Below are positions 1 to 8,331 of a stretch of DNA of 33,202 nt, piece after piece. The stretch's first letter is position 1. Every line of letters begins with the position of its first letter. The notes below the pieces were generated by a model that saw only the letters and a list, made by a program, of their open reading frames with translations, was not told the origin of the DNA and ran no database searches. Source of the DNA: Methanomicrobiales archaeon. GTDB taxonomy: Archaea; Halobacteriota; Methanomicrobia; Methanomicrobiales; Methanoculleaceae. The stretch is from contig JAGVUK010000212.1 in NCBI GenBank assembly GCA_019136335.1, forward strand, positions 1 through 33,202, given 5' to 3'. Both the position numbers and the translations under genes were made by a program.

Positions 1-1
1 A

Positions 2-130
2 CCCGGCGGGCCGGGCATCTCGGCGGCGACGGAGGCGGTCCTCGCAGCTATCGGGGCAGCGCTCCTTGCCCTTGCCCGTTTTATCGCCGGGAAGGTGACC
101 AAGGAGCGGATCGTCAGGACGATCCCGTGA
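2..130 (+). CDS. 3' end of a gene entering from the left edge (hydrophobic C-terminus, probable membrane protein)
   Basis: Open frame from position 2 reads PGGPGISAATEAVLAAIGAALLALARFIAGKVTKERIVRTIP and stops at TGA 128-130; it contains a TM-like stretch. Confidence 0.55.
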   Translation, partial: PGGPGISAATEAVLAAIGAALLALARFIAGKVTKERIVRTIP

Positions 131-292
131 GGTGAGAGTGGGAGAGCGGCGGGTGCCGAAACCGGGCGGGCAGCGCCCGATCGGCGATCGCGCTGCCCCG
201 GATAGGGGGGCCGGAGGATTACAGTTGAGGGTGCATCTTCCTGCCCTCGCCCGAACCGATGTATGATATACCGGTAGGGCAAGTGTGCACCC

Positions 293-2356
293 ATGATGCA
301 GGAGGAGCACGACCTCCCAAACCGGATCCTTCGTGCTCTCCGGTTCCGGCCGAAGGGCATGACCATCACCGAGGTGGCGAAGCAGCTCGGCGTCACCCGG
401 AGCCCGGTCTCAAAACACCTTGAGATCCTTCAGATCGCCGGCAAAGTCGACGTCCGCAATATCGGGAACGCGAAACTCTATTCCCTCGCCCAGCGTGTCC
501 CGATCTCCGCCTTTCTCTGCTTCACGAAGAACCTGATCCTGATCCTCGATAACGAGCAGCGGATCGTCCAGGTCAACGACCAGTGCCTCAAGCACCTCCG
601 GCAATCGAAAGAGGACCTGATCGGCCGGACCATCCGCGAGGCCGCCCTCCCCGTCGTCTCCACCCCGGAGGCACTCGCGGTGATCGAGGGGCTCGAACGG
701 GAGCAGGTGATCGCCGATATCCGCTACGCGCGGGATGACGGGGAGTTCTTCTATCAGATGCAGGCGATCCCGACGACGTTCGAGGACGGGGAGAAGGGGT
801 GCACCCTCGTCCTTGAGGACATCACCGAGCGGAAGCGCTACGTCAGTGATATGGAATTCCTCGCGCGGACTGGTCGGGACTTCAGGGATATGGATGTGAC
901 TGACGACATCTACCAGTACGTTGCACAGGAATTATACACTCTTGCTCCGGGATTCCTGGTCTGGGTCGGCATCATCGATGAGTCGGACCAGATACTCGTT
1001 CTAAAAAGCGTCGTCGGAAACCCTGTTGCCATCGCGGTCACGGAGCAGTTCGTAGGAATGAAGGTGGAGGGGATGGCGTTTCCTATCACGAAAGCTGATA
1101 CGGCAGAGCTCATCCGTCACTTGAAACTTGTCAAGGCCCCTCCCCTCTACAGGCTCATGCACATGGAGGTCCCCGAGGAGAGCTGCCAGCAGGTTGAGGA
1201 GGCTGCAGGGGGCATCGACACCTACCTGATGGGCCTCGTCTCCAGGGGGAGAATCGTGGGAGATGTCGGGATAAGCATTCAGGCGGGCACTGAACTGCCG
1301 AACCGGGGACTCATAGAGGCATTCGTCAGACAGGCTGCAATCGCAATCGATAGAAAGATCGCCGACGACAGACTCAGGCAGAGCCTCGCGCGCGAACAGG
1401 AGCAGGTCCGGAACCTGTTGTTCCTCTCCCGGACTGCGATGGATTTCATCGAGATGGACGATTCCGTCGACATCTATCACTACATCGGAGATCGTCTCCA
1501 TGATCTCACTCCCGGCAGCATCATCTTTGTCTGCACTCTGGACGCAGAGCAGCGGGAGATCAGGTTCAGGGCGGTCGTGGGAGACAGAGAGCAGATTGAT
1601 CGCCTGCAGGGTGTTATCGGGACTGAGCTTATCGGCATACCTTTTCCTCTCAGTGAGATGCTCTTATCGGGCTCTGGCGTATCCACGGACAGGATCTTTG
1701 AGAGCCCTTCACTCTATGATACTTTCTTTCACCAGATCCCCGGAGAGCGCTGTGTGCAGGCCGAGACAGAACTCGGGCTCGGCAGGGGGTTTGGGAGGAA
1801 CTTCTCCTGCAGGGAGGGTATCTCGGGGTGCATGATGATTAAACTCACCCGACCGGGTGATCTCGCAAACCGGGAAGTCATTGAGGCGTTCGCCAATCAG
1901 GCCTCTGTCGCCCTGTTGCGCCGCCGTGCAAGAGCGAACCTCCTCCGGAGCGAGCGACGATTCCGGGATATCATCGATTTCTCACCGTTTGCCGCTGCGA
2001 TCATCGATTCGGACGGCCGCTATACTTATATCAACCGGGCGTTCACCGACCTCTTCGGGTATACGCTCGAGGATATCTCCACCGGAAAGAACTGGTTCCG
2101 GCTGGCGTTCCCCGACGAGACGCAGCGCCACGAAGCGATCGCCGCCTGGAAGACCGACCGGGAGCAGGCCGGCCCCGGCCGGCCCCGCCCGCGGACGTTC
2201 TCCGTCCGGTGCAGGGACGGGGAGGAGAAGGTGATCCGCTTCTCGCCCGTCGAGATCTCCGACGGGACGCAGTACGTTACCTACGAGGACGTCACCGAGG
2301 AGCGCCGGGTCTACGGGATGCTGGTGGGTGAGATAGCCGGGTTGCGAAAAAAGTGA
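293..2356 (+). CDS. wHTH-PAS-GAF-GAF-PAS one-component sensor/regulator
   Basis: N-terminal HTH (GMTITEVAKQLGVTRSPVSKHLEILQIAGKV); PAS (ILILDNEQRIVQVN...LEDITERKR); two related GAF-like blocks; C-terminal PAS (AIIDSDGRYTYINRAFTDLFGY...YEDVTEERR). No kinase domain. Confidence 0.8.
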   Translation: MMQEEHDLPNRILRALRFRPKGMTITEVAKQLGVTRSPVSKHLEILQIAGKVDVRNIGNAKLYSLAQRVPISAFLCFTKNLILILDNEQRIVQVNDQCLKHLRQSKEDLIGRTIREAALPVVSTPEALAVIEGLEREQVIADIRYARDDGEFFYQMQAIPTTFEDGEKGCTLVLEDITERKRYVSDMEFLARTGRDFRDMDVTDDIYQYVAQELYTLAPGFLVWVGIIDESDQILVLKSVVGNPVAIAVTEQFVGMKVEGMAFPITKADTAELIRHLKLVKAPPLYRLMHMEVPEESCQQVEEAAGGIDTYLMGLVSRGRIVGDVGISIQAGTELPNRGLIEAFVRQAAIAIDRKIADDRLRQSLAREQEQVRNLLFLSRTAMDFIEMDDSVDIYHYIGDRLHDLTPGSIIFVCTLDAEQREIRFRAVVGDREQIDRLQGVIGTELIGIPFPLSEMLLSGSGVSTDRIFESPSLYDTFFHQIPGERCVQAETELGLGRGFGRNFSCREGISGCMMIKLTRPGDLANREVIEAFANQASVALLRRRARANLLRSERRFRDIIDFSPFAAAIIDSDGRYTYINRAFTDLFGYTLEDISTGKNWFRLAFPDETQRHEAIAAWKTDREQAGPGRPRPRTFSVRCRDGEEKVIRFSPVEISDGTQYVTYEDVTEERRVYGMLVGEIAGLRKK

Positions 2357-2405
2357 TTATCTTCCGGCGTCCCGCACCTGCCGGAAAAGGTTGCTGCCGG
2401 CCCTT

Positions 2406-3683
2406 CTATAGCGTCTCGCTCCCGTAGAGGTACGGTCTGAGGACCTCCGGGATCGTGACCGACCCGTCCTCGTTCTGGTAGTTCTCGAGGATCGCCCGGA
2501 TCGCGCGCGACGTCGCGATCGCGGTGCTGTTCAGGGTATGCACGTAGCGTTTCGACGTGAACTCGGTCGGATCGCGCACCTTGATGTTCAACCTGACCGC
2601 CTGGTAGGCCGTGCAGTTCGAGCACGAGACCGCTTCGCGGTAGCGCTCCTCGCGCGGCATCCAGACCTCGAGGTCGTATTTCTTTGCGGCGACGGTCCCG
2701 ATATCCCCCGTGCAGATCGAGACGATCCGGTAGGGGAGGCCGAGCCGCTGGAAGACCTCCTCGGCGTTCGCGAGCAGCTCCTCGTGGAGGTCCCATGACT
2801 GCTCCGGTGTGCTGTAGATGAACTGCTCCACCTTGTGGAACTGGTGGACCCGGAAGAGTCCCTTCGTATCGATCCCGTGCGCCCCGATCTCGCGGCGGAA
2901 GCACGGGCTCAAGCCTGCAAGACGGAGCGGCAGGTCCTTCTCCTCGAAGATCTCGTCACTGTACATCGCGGCCATCGGGTGCTCGCTCGTCGCGATGAGA
3001 TACTCGTCCTCGTCTTCGATCTTATACATGACGTTCTCGAAGTCGGCAAGGTCGGTCACGCCCTCGTATGCGGCCCGGTTCATCATGTACGGCGGGATGA
3101 TCGGGGTGTAGCCGCGCTCGACGAGAAGGTCCATCGCAAACCGCTGGAGCGCCATATCGAGCAGGGCGAGCCTGCCTTTCAGGAAATAAAACCCGGACCC
3201 GGCGATCTTCGCCGCGCGTTCGAAGTCGGCCCAGTCCCGCTCGACGGCGAGCGCGCCGTGGTTCTCCAGGTCGAACGTCGGGATTCTGGGTTCGCCCCAC
3301 CGCTTGATCTCAACGTTCTCGGTATCGTCCTTGCCGACGGGCACGCTCTCGTGCAGGATGTTCGGGAGCCGCATCAGGCGGCACCTCACCGCTTCGGTGA
3401 GTGCATCGCGCTCCGTCTCCGCCTCTTTGACCCGTGCGGGAAGGTCCGCCGCCTCGGCAAGGAGCCCTGCAATATCGTTCCCGGCCTTCCTCGCCTGGCT
3501 GATCTCGCGGGATATAACGTTTCTCCGGTTGCGCAGGTCGCCGATCGCCACGGTGAGTTCCCGGGCCCTCCTGTCCATCTCCAGCACCTCGTCGACCCAG
3601 GCGAGCTTCCCGGTATCTCCTCTCTTGGTGAGGTCTGCCCTGACGATCTCGGGGTGCGCACGAACGAACTTCAACTCAAGCAT
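2406..3683 (-). CDS. serS: Serine--tRNA ligase (standard/bacterial type)
   Basis: Start MLELKFVR at ATG 3683; coiled-coil arm; LIATSEHP; motif 2 FRREIG...GLFRVHQFHKVEQF; EAVSCSNC; HTLNST; NYQNEDGSVTIPEVLRPY. Confidence 0.96.
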   Translation of the reverse strand: MLELKFVRAHPEIVRADLTKRGDTGKLAWVDEVLEMDRRARELTVAIGDLRNRRNVISREISQARKAGNDIAGLLAEAADLPARVKEAETERDALTEAVRCRLMRLPNILHESVPVGKDDTENVEIKRWGEPRIPTFDLENHGALAVERDWADFERAAKIAGSGFYFLKGRLALLDMALQRFAMDLLVERGYTPIIPPYMMNRAAYEGVTDLADFENVMYKIEDEDEYLIATSEHPMAAMYSDEIFEEKDLPLRLAGLSPCFRREIGAHGIDTKGLFRVHQFHKVEQFIYSTPEQSWDLHEELLANAEEVFQRLGLPYRIVSICTGDIGTVAAKKYDLEVWMPREERYREAVSCSNCTAYQAVRLNIKVRDPTEFTSKRYVHTLNSTAIATSRAIRAILENYQNEDGSVTIPEVLRPYLYGSETL

Positions 3684-3843
3684 GCTGTCTCTCTGTAGTA
3701 CTTCGCCACGACGGTATATGGTCGTGTTGCCCTTCTGCGAGAACTGAGTGCAGGCGACCCCGGGGCAGAACGCCCGGGATCGCACCGTGCCGCCCCGACC
3801 CGAAACCTACTCTTATAATTCCCGGTGCGCTAACTCATTGAGC

Positions 3844-4296
3844 ATGGAAAAGAACCAGAAGATCATCCTGATGGCGGGCGGCCTCATCACGCTCGGGCTG
3901 CTCTTCATCGACGTCTTCTTCGCCCTCATCGCGCTGGTCTTCGTGCTCGTCCTCCTGATGAGTTTCCACATCATGGGAGAGACCGGCAGCTACCCGCTCG
4001 TCACCGCAGACCTCTCGGCGGATGCCCGGGAGGTCGTCGTCACCAACACGGGCACCGCAGCGGCGCAGAACATCCATGTCGCCCTCGTTCCGATCAACAT
4101 CGAGTTCGATATCCCATCGCTCGAACCGGACGAGGAGTCCGGCTTTGCCCTTCCGTCCATGATATCCGAGGCAAAAGCGGTCGTGACCTACGAGAACGCC
4201 GCCGGCCGGAAGCACACACGCTCGTATCCGCTCACGGCGCTCACGGCCGGGCGCGACCCGACGGAACCGATGTTCCCGCTCTTTGACCAGCGGTGA
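3844..4296 (+). CDS. Hypothetical membrane-anchored protein (two N-terminal TM helices plus a beta-rich, Ig/CARDB-like domain)
   Basis: ATG 3844 lies ~25 nt after TTATAA (3813-3818); hydrophobic N-terminus; VVVTNTGTAAAQNIHV motif. Confidence 0.7.
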   Translation: MEKNQKIILMAGGLITLGLLFIDVFFALIALVFVLVLLMSFHIMGETGSYPLVTADLSADAREVVVTNTGTAAAQNIHVALVPINIEFDIPSLEPDEESGFALPSMISEAKAVVTYENAAGRKHTRSYPLTALTAGRDPTEPMFPLFDQR

Positions 4297-4376
4297 GAGG
4301 GCGGGGTGCGGGGCGCCCGGGCTCCTGCCGGGCACCCTGCCGGCGCCGGCGATAATCGCGAAGAAAAAGGGGTTTT

Positions 4377-4901
4377 TCAGGAAGCGAGATACTCGAGCGT
4401 CCGCGCGAGTGCGGCCATCAGTTCCTCCTCTTTCCCGGCATACTCGTAGAGCGCCCGGTAGAGCATGACGGCAAGGTCGTAGCCGTAGACGTCGAACGCC
4501 TCTTCCGGCGTCATGGGGGCGAGGTATGAGTCGATCCGGATCTCGGTGGTCGTGTACATCACTTCGAAGAAGTTCCCATCCTCACCGAGGACGCATATCT
4601 GGGTATCGACGGGTCTCGTCGGATCGTCGGGGCGATACGGAAGCGGATCGGTCTTGCCGAGGACGATCATCTTCTTCTCGTAATACTCCTGCTCATAAAG
4701 CTCCCCGGAGGCCTCTCTCTTTGCGCGCCGGAGCATATCGAGGCCGATCCGCCCCACGACCGGCGCCGTATCGGCGGCCATCCGCGCAAGGAGGGCCCCT
4801 GCATTCTCCTGAACCTTCGAGGCCGACTCTTCCTTCTTCGCCTGCAGCTCCCCGAGGGTCTCGAGGAGCCGGGCGTATCCCTCTTCGATGATCGGATCCA
4901 T
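4377..4901 (-). CDS. Hypothetical protein
   Basis: ATG 4901 with a GGTGA Shine-Dalgarno (4906-4910, minus strand); typical codon usage; acidic helical protein. Confidence 0.75.
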   Translation of the reverse strand: MDPIIEEGYARLLETLGELQAKKEESASKVQENAGALLARMAADTAPVVGRIGLDMLRRAKREASGELYEQEYYEKKMIVLGKTDPLPYRPDDPTRPVDTQICVLGEDGNFFEVMYTTTEIRIDSYLAPMTPEEAFDVYGYDLAVMLYRALYEYAGKEEELMAALARTLEYLAS

Positions 4902-4971
4902 GTGTTCACCTAACTCTTGCGTACGCCGGCATAAGCGCACCGGTTTATCGCCTGACGCGCTCCACGCGAGG

Positions 4972-5194
4972 CAGTACTTCGCTCATTTTGACACCTGGCA
5001 ACGATGCGATCTCGCGCGTTGTCACGAAGGAAGTTGCAAGTACTCAGGCACCGGGCTTCGCGAACTTCCGCGGCAACGCGCGAGCTACCTGGTGCGGATA
5101 GCGATAGAGCCTCACGCGTTGAGCACGAAGCCCCGAAGAAAAGTCAGCAGTTTGACCTCCCGAGGGTCTCCCTCAAAACGTTAGCGAAGTACTG
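4972..5194. mobile_element. Putative MITE (223 bp, non-coding) with CAGTAC-type terminal inverted repeats
   Basis: Left end CAGTACTTCGCTCATTTTGA vs reverse complement of right end CAGTACTTCGCTAACGTTTTGA (12 bp perfect, imperfect beyond); internal long hairpin 5011-5084; no target duplication visible. Confidence 0.6.
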
Positions 5195-5200
5195 CAGTAG

Positions 5201-5490
5201 GGGGATACTCATACGCGATCTCCGGCATCCCCACCCCTCCCCGGGGCGGGGGCAGTCATGGCGATATCCGGGGATGAGCCGTGCCCGGGAGCGCCCCTCG
5301 CGCCGGTTTCCCGGAGGGGCAGGTGAGGTGCAGGGGTAGCCCGGACCCGGTTCTTCCTCGGGATCTCCCCGTGGAGTGGACCGTGGTGGCTATCGCCACG
5401 GGGGTAGGGGACCGGGGAGGGAGTCTTCCCCCTCCCCGGGCAAAACCGACACCCAAACGTTCCTTTCTGCAAGCTCCCCACCCCGCCGGC
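5201..5490 (+). repeat. Dispersed GC-rich structured repeat, copy A
   Basis: Aligns by eye with the reverse complements of 17851-18161 and 25925-26178; 5290-5323 is identical over 34 nt to the reverse complement of 18008-18041. Confidence 0.85.
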
Positions 5491-5616
5491 CTCCTCCCCG
5501 ATTCTCATGGTGGGGGCGGGGGCAGTTCTCGAGGGTCCTGGTATGTGGGGCGAACCGCCATACCACCCGCACAGCCTACGCGTCAACGCACGATAAATTT
5601 CAGATGATATGATGCA

Positions 5617-6381
5617 CTAAATCCTCTGCCGCCGCCCGCTCGCGTCGCGCGCGTAGCGCCCGAACTCGCTCCCGAGCAGGACGTCGCCGGAAAAGACCGG
5701 CCCGTCCCTGCAGACCCGGAGACCGTGCGGGTCGGTGCAGCACGAGCCGCAGAGGCCGACCCCGCACTTCATGTAGCGGTGCAGGGAGAACTGACCCCGC
5801 TCCGCGCACCCCTCCCGGTCGAGGACGGCGAGCACCGAGGCCATCATGACCTCGGGCCCGCAGACGCAGATGTGGGCAAAGTCGGCAAGGTCCACCCTCG
5901 ATAAGAGCCCGGTCACGAACCCGTGGTGGCCGGCCGTGCCGTCGTCAGTCGCGACCATCAATGTCGCCGATTTCTGTATCCGGTCAGCAAAGAGGAGTTC
6001 TGAGGCCGTGCGGGCACCGAGGAGGAAGGTGTCCACCTGCCCGGCCGCGACGAGCGGCAGCAGCGGGGAGGCGCCGACACCGCCGGCGACAGCAAGCGTC
6101 CTCCCTGAGACTGAAAAACCGTTCCCGTAGGGGCCCCGGATCCCGATCCGGTCGCCTTCCTGCATCGCAAAGAGGGCGGCGGTCGCGTCCCCGGCTTTGA
6201 GGACGGTGATCGAGGACGGGGAGGAGAGGGCCATCGGGATCTCGTCGACGCCCGGCACCCAGACCATCACGAACTGGCCCGGCCGGAAAGCGATCTCGCG
6301 GTTGAAGACGAACGTCCTGATCGACGGCGTCTCGGGGATGATCTCTTTTATCGTAACCCCGAGAGGCATCTGCTCATCCAT
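5617..6381 (-). CDS. pyrK: Dihydroorotate dehydrogenase electron transfer subunit
   Basis: FRPGQFVMVW, RGPYGNGF, AGGVG, CGPEVMM, MKCGVGLCGSC...VCRDGPVF 2Fe-2S motif; start 6381 overlaps the pyrD stop. Confidence 0.93.
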   Translation of the reverse strand: MDEQMPLGVTIKEIIPETPSIRTFVFNREIAFRPGQFVMVWVPGVDEIPMALSSPSSITVLKAGDATAALFAMQEGDRIGIRGPYGNGFSVSGRTLAVAGGVGASPLLPLVAAGQVDTFLLGARTASELLFADRIQKSATLMVATDDGTAGHHGFVTGLLSRVDLADFAHICVCGPEVMMASVLAVLDREGCAERGQFSLHRYMKCGVGLCGSCCTDPHGLRVCRDGPVFSGDVLLGSEFGRYARDASGRRQRI

Positions 6382-7261
6382 GGGCGCACCCCACGATATC
6401 GCGTGCGTCAATGCCATCATGGCTGTAGAGGTCCCGTGCGATCGCGGAGAAGACGCTGATGTCATCGATGACGGCGCTCCCGATCTCGACGGCGCTCGCA
6501 CCCGCCATCATCATCTCGACGACGTTGTCGGCGGTGGAGATGCCGCCGCACCCGACGATTGGGATGGAACACGCTTCGTAGAGATCGTAGACGCACCGGA
6601 CGGCGACCGGAAAGATCGCCTTCCCCGAGAGCCCGCCGAAGCGGTTCCCGAGCACCGGCCGGCGGAGGGACGTCGATATCCGCATCGCCTTCACCGTGTT
6701 GATCGCGACGATCGCGTCCGCCCCGCCGCGCTCCGCGGCTGCTCCGATCTCGGCGATATCGGCGACGTTCGGGGTGAGTTTCACCCAGGTCGGGACCCCG
6801 AGGGAGGCTGCCGCCCTCGTGCACTCCTCCACGAGAGCCGGATCGCTCCCGATCGCCGCCCCGTAGCCCTCCGCATGGGGGCAGGAGAGGTTCAGTTCGA
6901 ACCCGGAGACCTTACCGGCGAACCATCCGGCGACCGTCCGGAACTCCTCCGGCGTTCCTCCGAAGATGCTCGCGACCACCGGTTCGCCTGCGAGGACGGC
7001 CAGTTCGTCCACGAACGCGGCCGACGGGTTCGGCAGCCCCATGGCATTGATGATGCCGCCGTCGACGACGATCAGGCAGGGTCCGGGATGCCCCTCTTTC
7101 GGGCTTGGGCCGATGGATTTTGTGACCACGCCGCCTGCACCGTTCGTGAGGATACGGGCAAGCGACGCCCCGGTGGTCCCGAGGATGCCAGCCGCAAGCA
7201 TGAGGTGGTTCTTCAGCCGGATGCCCCCGACATCGACAGGGCCTGGATAAAGCGCAACCAT
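6374..7261 (-). CDS. pyrD: Dihydroorotate dehydrogenase (class 1B) catalytic subunit
   Basis: VVTKS, INAMGLPNP, ELNLSCPH, VKLTPN, AINT, GGLSG, GCGGI, GASAVEIGSA; ATG 7261. Confidence 0.95.
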   Translation of the reverse strand: MVALYPGPVDVGGIRLKNHLMLAAGILGTTGASLARILTNGAGGVVTKSIGPSPKEGHPGPCLIVVDGGIINAMGLPNPSAAFVDELAVLAGEPVVASIFGGTPEEFRTVAGWFAGKVSGFELNLSCPHAEGYGAAIGSDPALVEECTRAAASLGVPTWVKLTPNVADIAEIGAAAERGGADAIVAINTVKAMRISTSLRRPVLGNRFGGLSGKAIFPVAVRCVYDLYEACSIPIVGCGGISTADNVVEMMMAGASAVEIGSAVIDDISVFSAIARDLYSHDGIDARDIVGCAHG

Positions 7262-7284
7262 TGAAAAAAGGTGGGAGTGAGGTA

Positions 7285-7313
7285 TTATTATACCCTCGCG
7301 CCAAGTATAATAA
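7285..7313. promoter_or_regulatory. AT-rich perfect inverted repeat (TTATTATAC-N11-GTATAATAA) overlapping the probable pyrD TATA box
   Basis: Directly visible 9-bp arms at 7285-7293 and 7305-7313, 24-52 nt upstream of the pyrD ATG. Confidence 0.5.
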
Positions 7314-7464
7314 AGAAGGAATATGTGCTCCGCCCGCCGGAGCCCGGATACCGGAACGGAAGACAGCAAGGTGCCCTTTCTCCCTGCCGGACCGTTATCC
7401 TCCGTGCAGCAGGGCCGTTCACGCGCACAGTCTTTTACCGCTATCCAGACACAGGACCGATACC

Positions 7465-8331
7465 ATGACCTCGCTCGCAATATCTGGTGTAGGAAAGGTG
7501 GGGGGCGAGACGGCATTTCTCTCCGCCGCGCTCGGTCTCGCCGATGAGATCATCCTCTATGACGCATATGACCCGATCCTCCGGGCCCAGGTACTCGACC
7601 TGCAGCACACGGGTATCGACGTTACGGTCTCCACCGATACGGCGGCAATGCGGGACGCCGACATCTTCATCTTTGCAGCAGGCACTCCGAGAACGCCTGA
7701 CATCAAGACCCGGGCGGACCTCCTGGAGGCCAACATCCCCGTGGTGAAGCGGTGCAGTGAGCATCTCCAGGACTTTTCAGGGGTCGTCATAACCATCACG
7801 AACCCCATGGACGCAAACAACTACGCCCTCTGGAGAATGATGGGGATCGAACGGGAACGGTGCATCGGGTTCGGCGGCCAGCTCGACAGCGCCCGCTTTG
7901 CTTGCCTCCTCCGCGAGGCGGGGATCCCGGGGCCCGCCTGGGTGCTCGGCGAGCACGGCGAGCACCAGGTGCCGCTCTTCTCGAAGGCCGGCACGTATGT
8001 CGATACCGGGGAGCGGGAAGCACTCCTCTCCCGGATGCGGGGAGCAAGCATGGAGGTGATCCGCGGAAAGGGCGGTACGGTCTTTGGCCCCGCATACCAC
8101 ATCGTCATGCTGATACGGGCAATTCTTGAGGACCGGCGCGAGACGCTCTCCTGCTCATGCGTGCTCGACGGCGAGTACGGCCTCTCCGGCTGCTCACTCG
8201 GCGTCCCGGCCCGGATCGGCCGTGAGGGTATCCTCGGTATCGAGGAATGGGACCTCGACCCGTGGGAGGCGGCGAAGATGGCAGAGGCGGGAGCATTCGT
8301 GCAGGGCCTCTGCAGGAGGTTTGATGACTGA
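7465..8331 (+). CDS. mdh: Malate dehydrogenase (LDH/MDH family)
   Basis: GVGKVG Rossmann motif, GTPR...RADLLEAN (Arg in the mobile loop, MDH-type), TNPMD, LDSARF, GEHG. Confidence 0.85.
   Translation: MTSLAISGVGKVGGETAFLSAALGLADEIILYDAYDPILRAQVLDLQHTGIDVTVSTDTAAMRDADIFIFAAGTPRTPDIKTRADLLEANIPVVKRCSEHLQDFSGVVITITNPMDANNYALWRMMGIERERCIGFGGQLDSARFACLLREAGIPGPAWVLGEHGEHQVPLFSKAGTYVDTGEREALLSRMRGASMEVIRGKGGTVFGPAYHIVMLIRAILEDRRETLSCSCVLDGEYGLSGCSLGVPARIGREGILGIEEWDLDPWEAAKMAEAGAFVQGLCRRFDD

Noticed and set aside
2406-3785. Methanogen-type (atypical) SerRS, or an N-terminal extension from 3785
   Set aside because: Motifs and 425-aa length fit the standard SerRS; the extension overlaps the promoter region.
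4944-5597. Outer inverted 7-mers TTTATCG..TGACGCG / CGCGTCA..CGATAAA bracketing the MITE and repeat A
   Set aside because: Short, with unequal spacers (2 vs 5 nt) and no target duplication; cannot be separated from chance.
5004-5612. ORFs spanning the repeats, with similar translations also at 17713-18263 and 25797-26421
   Set aside because: The similarity comes from the DNA repeat; frames, starts and stops are not conserved between copies and the products are Pro/Gly/Arg-rich.
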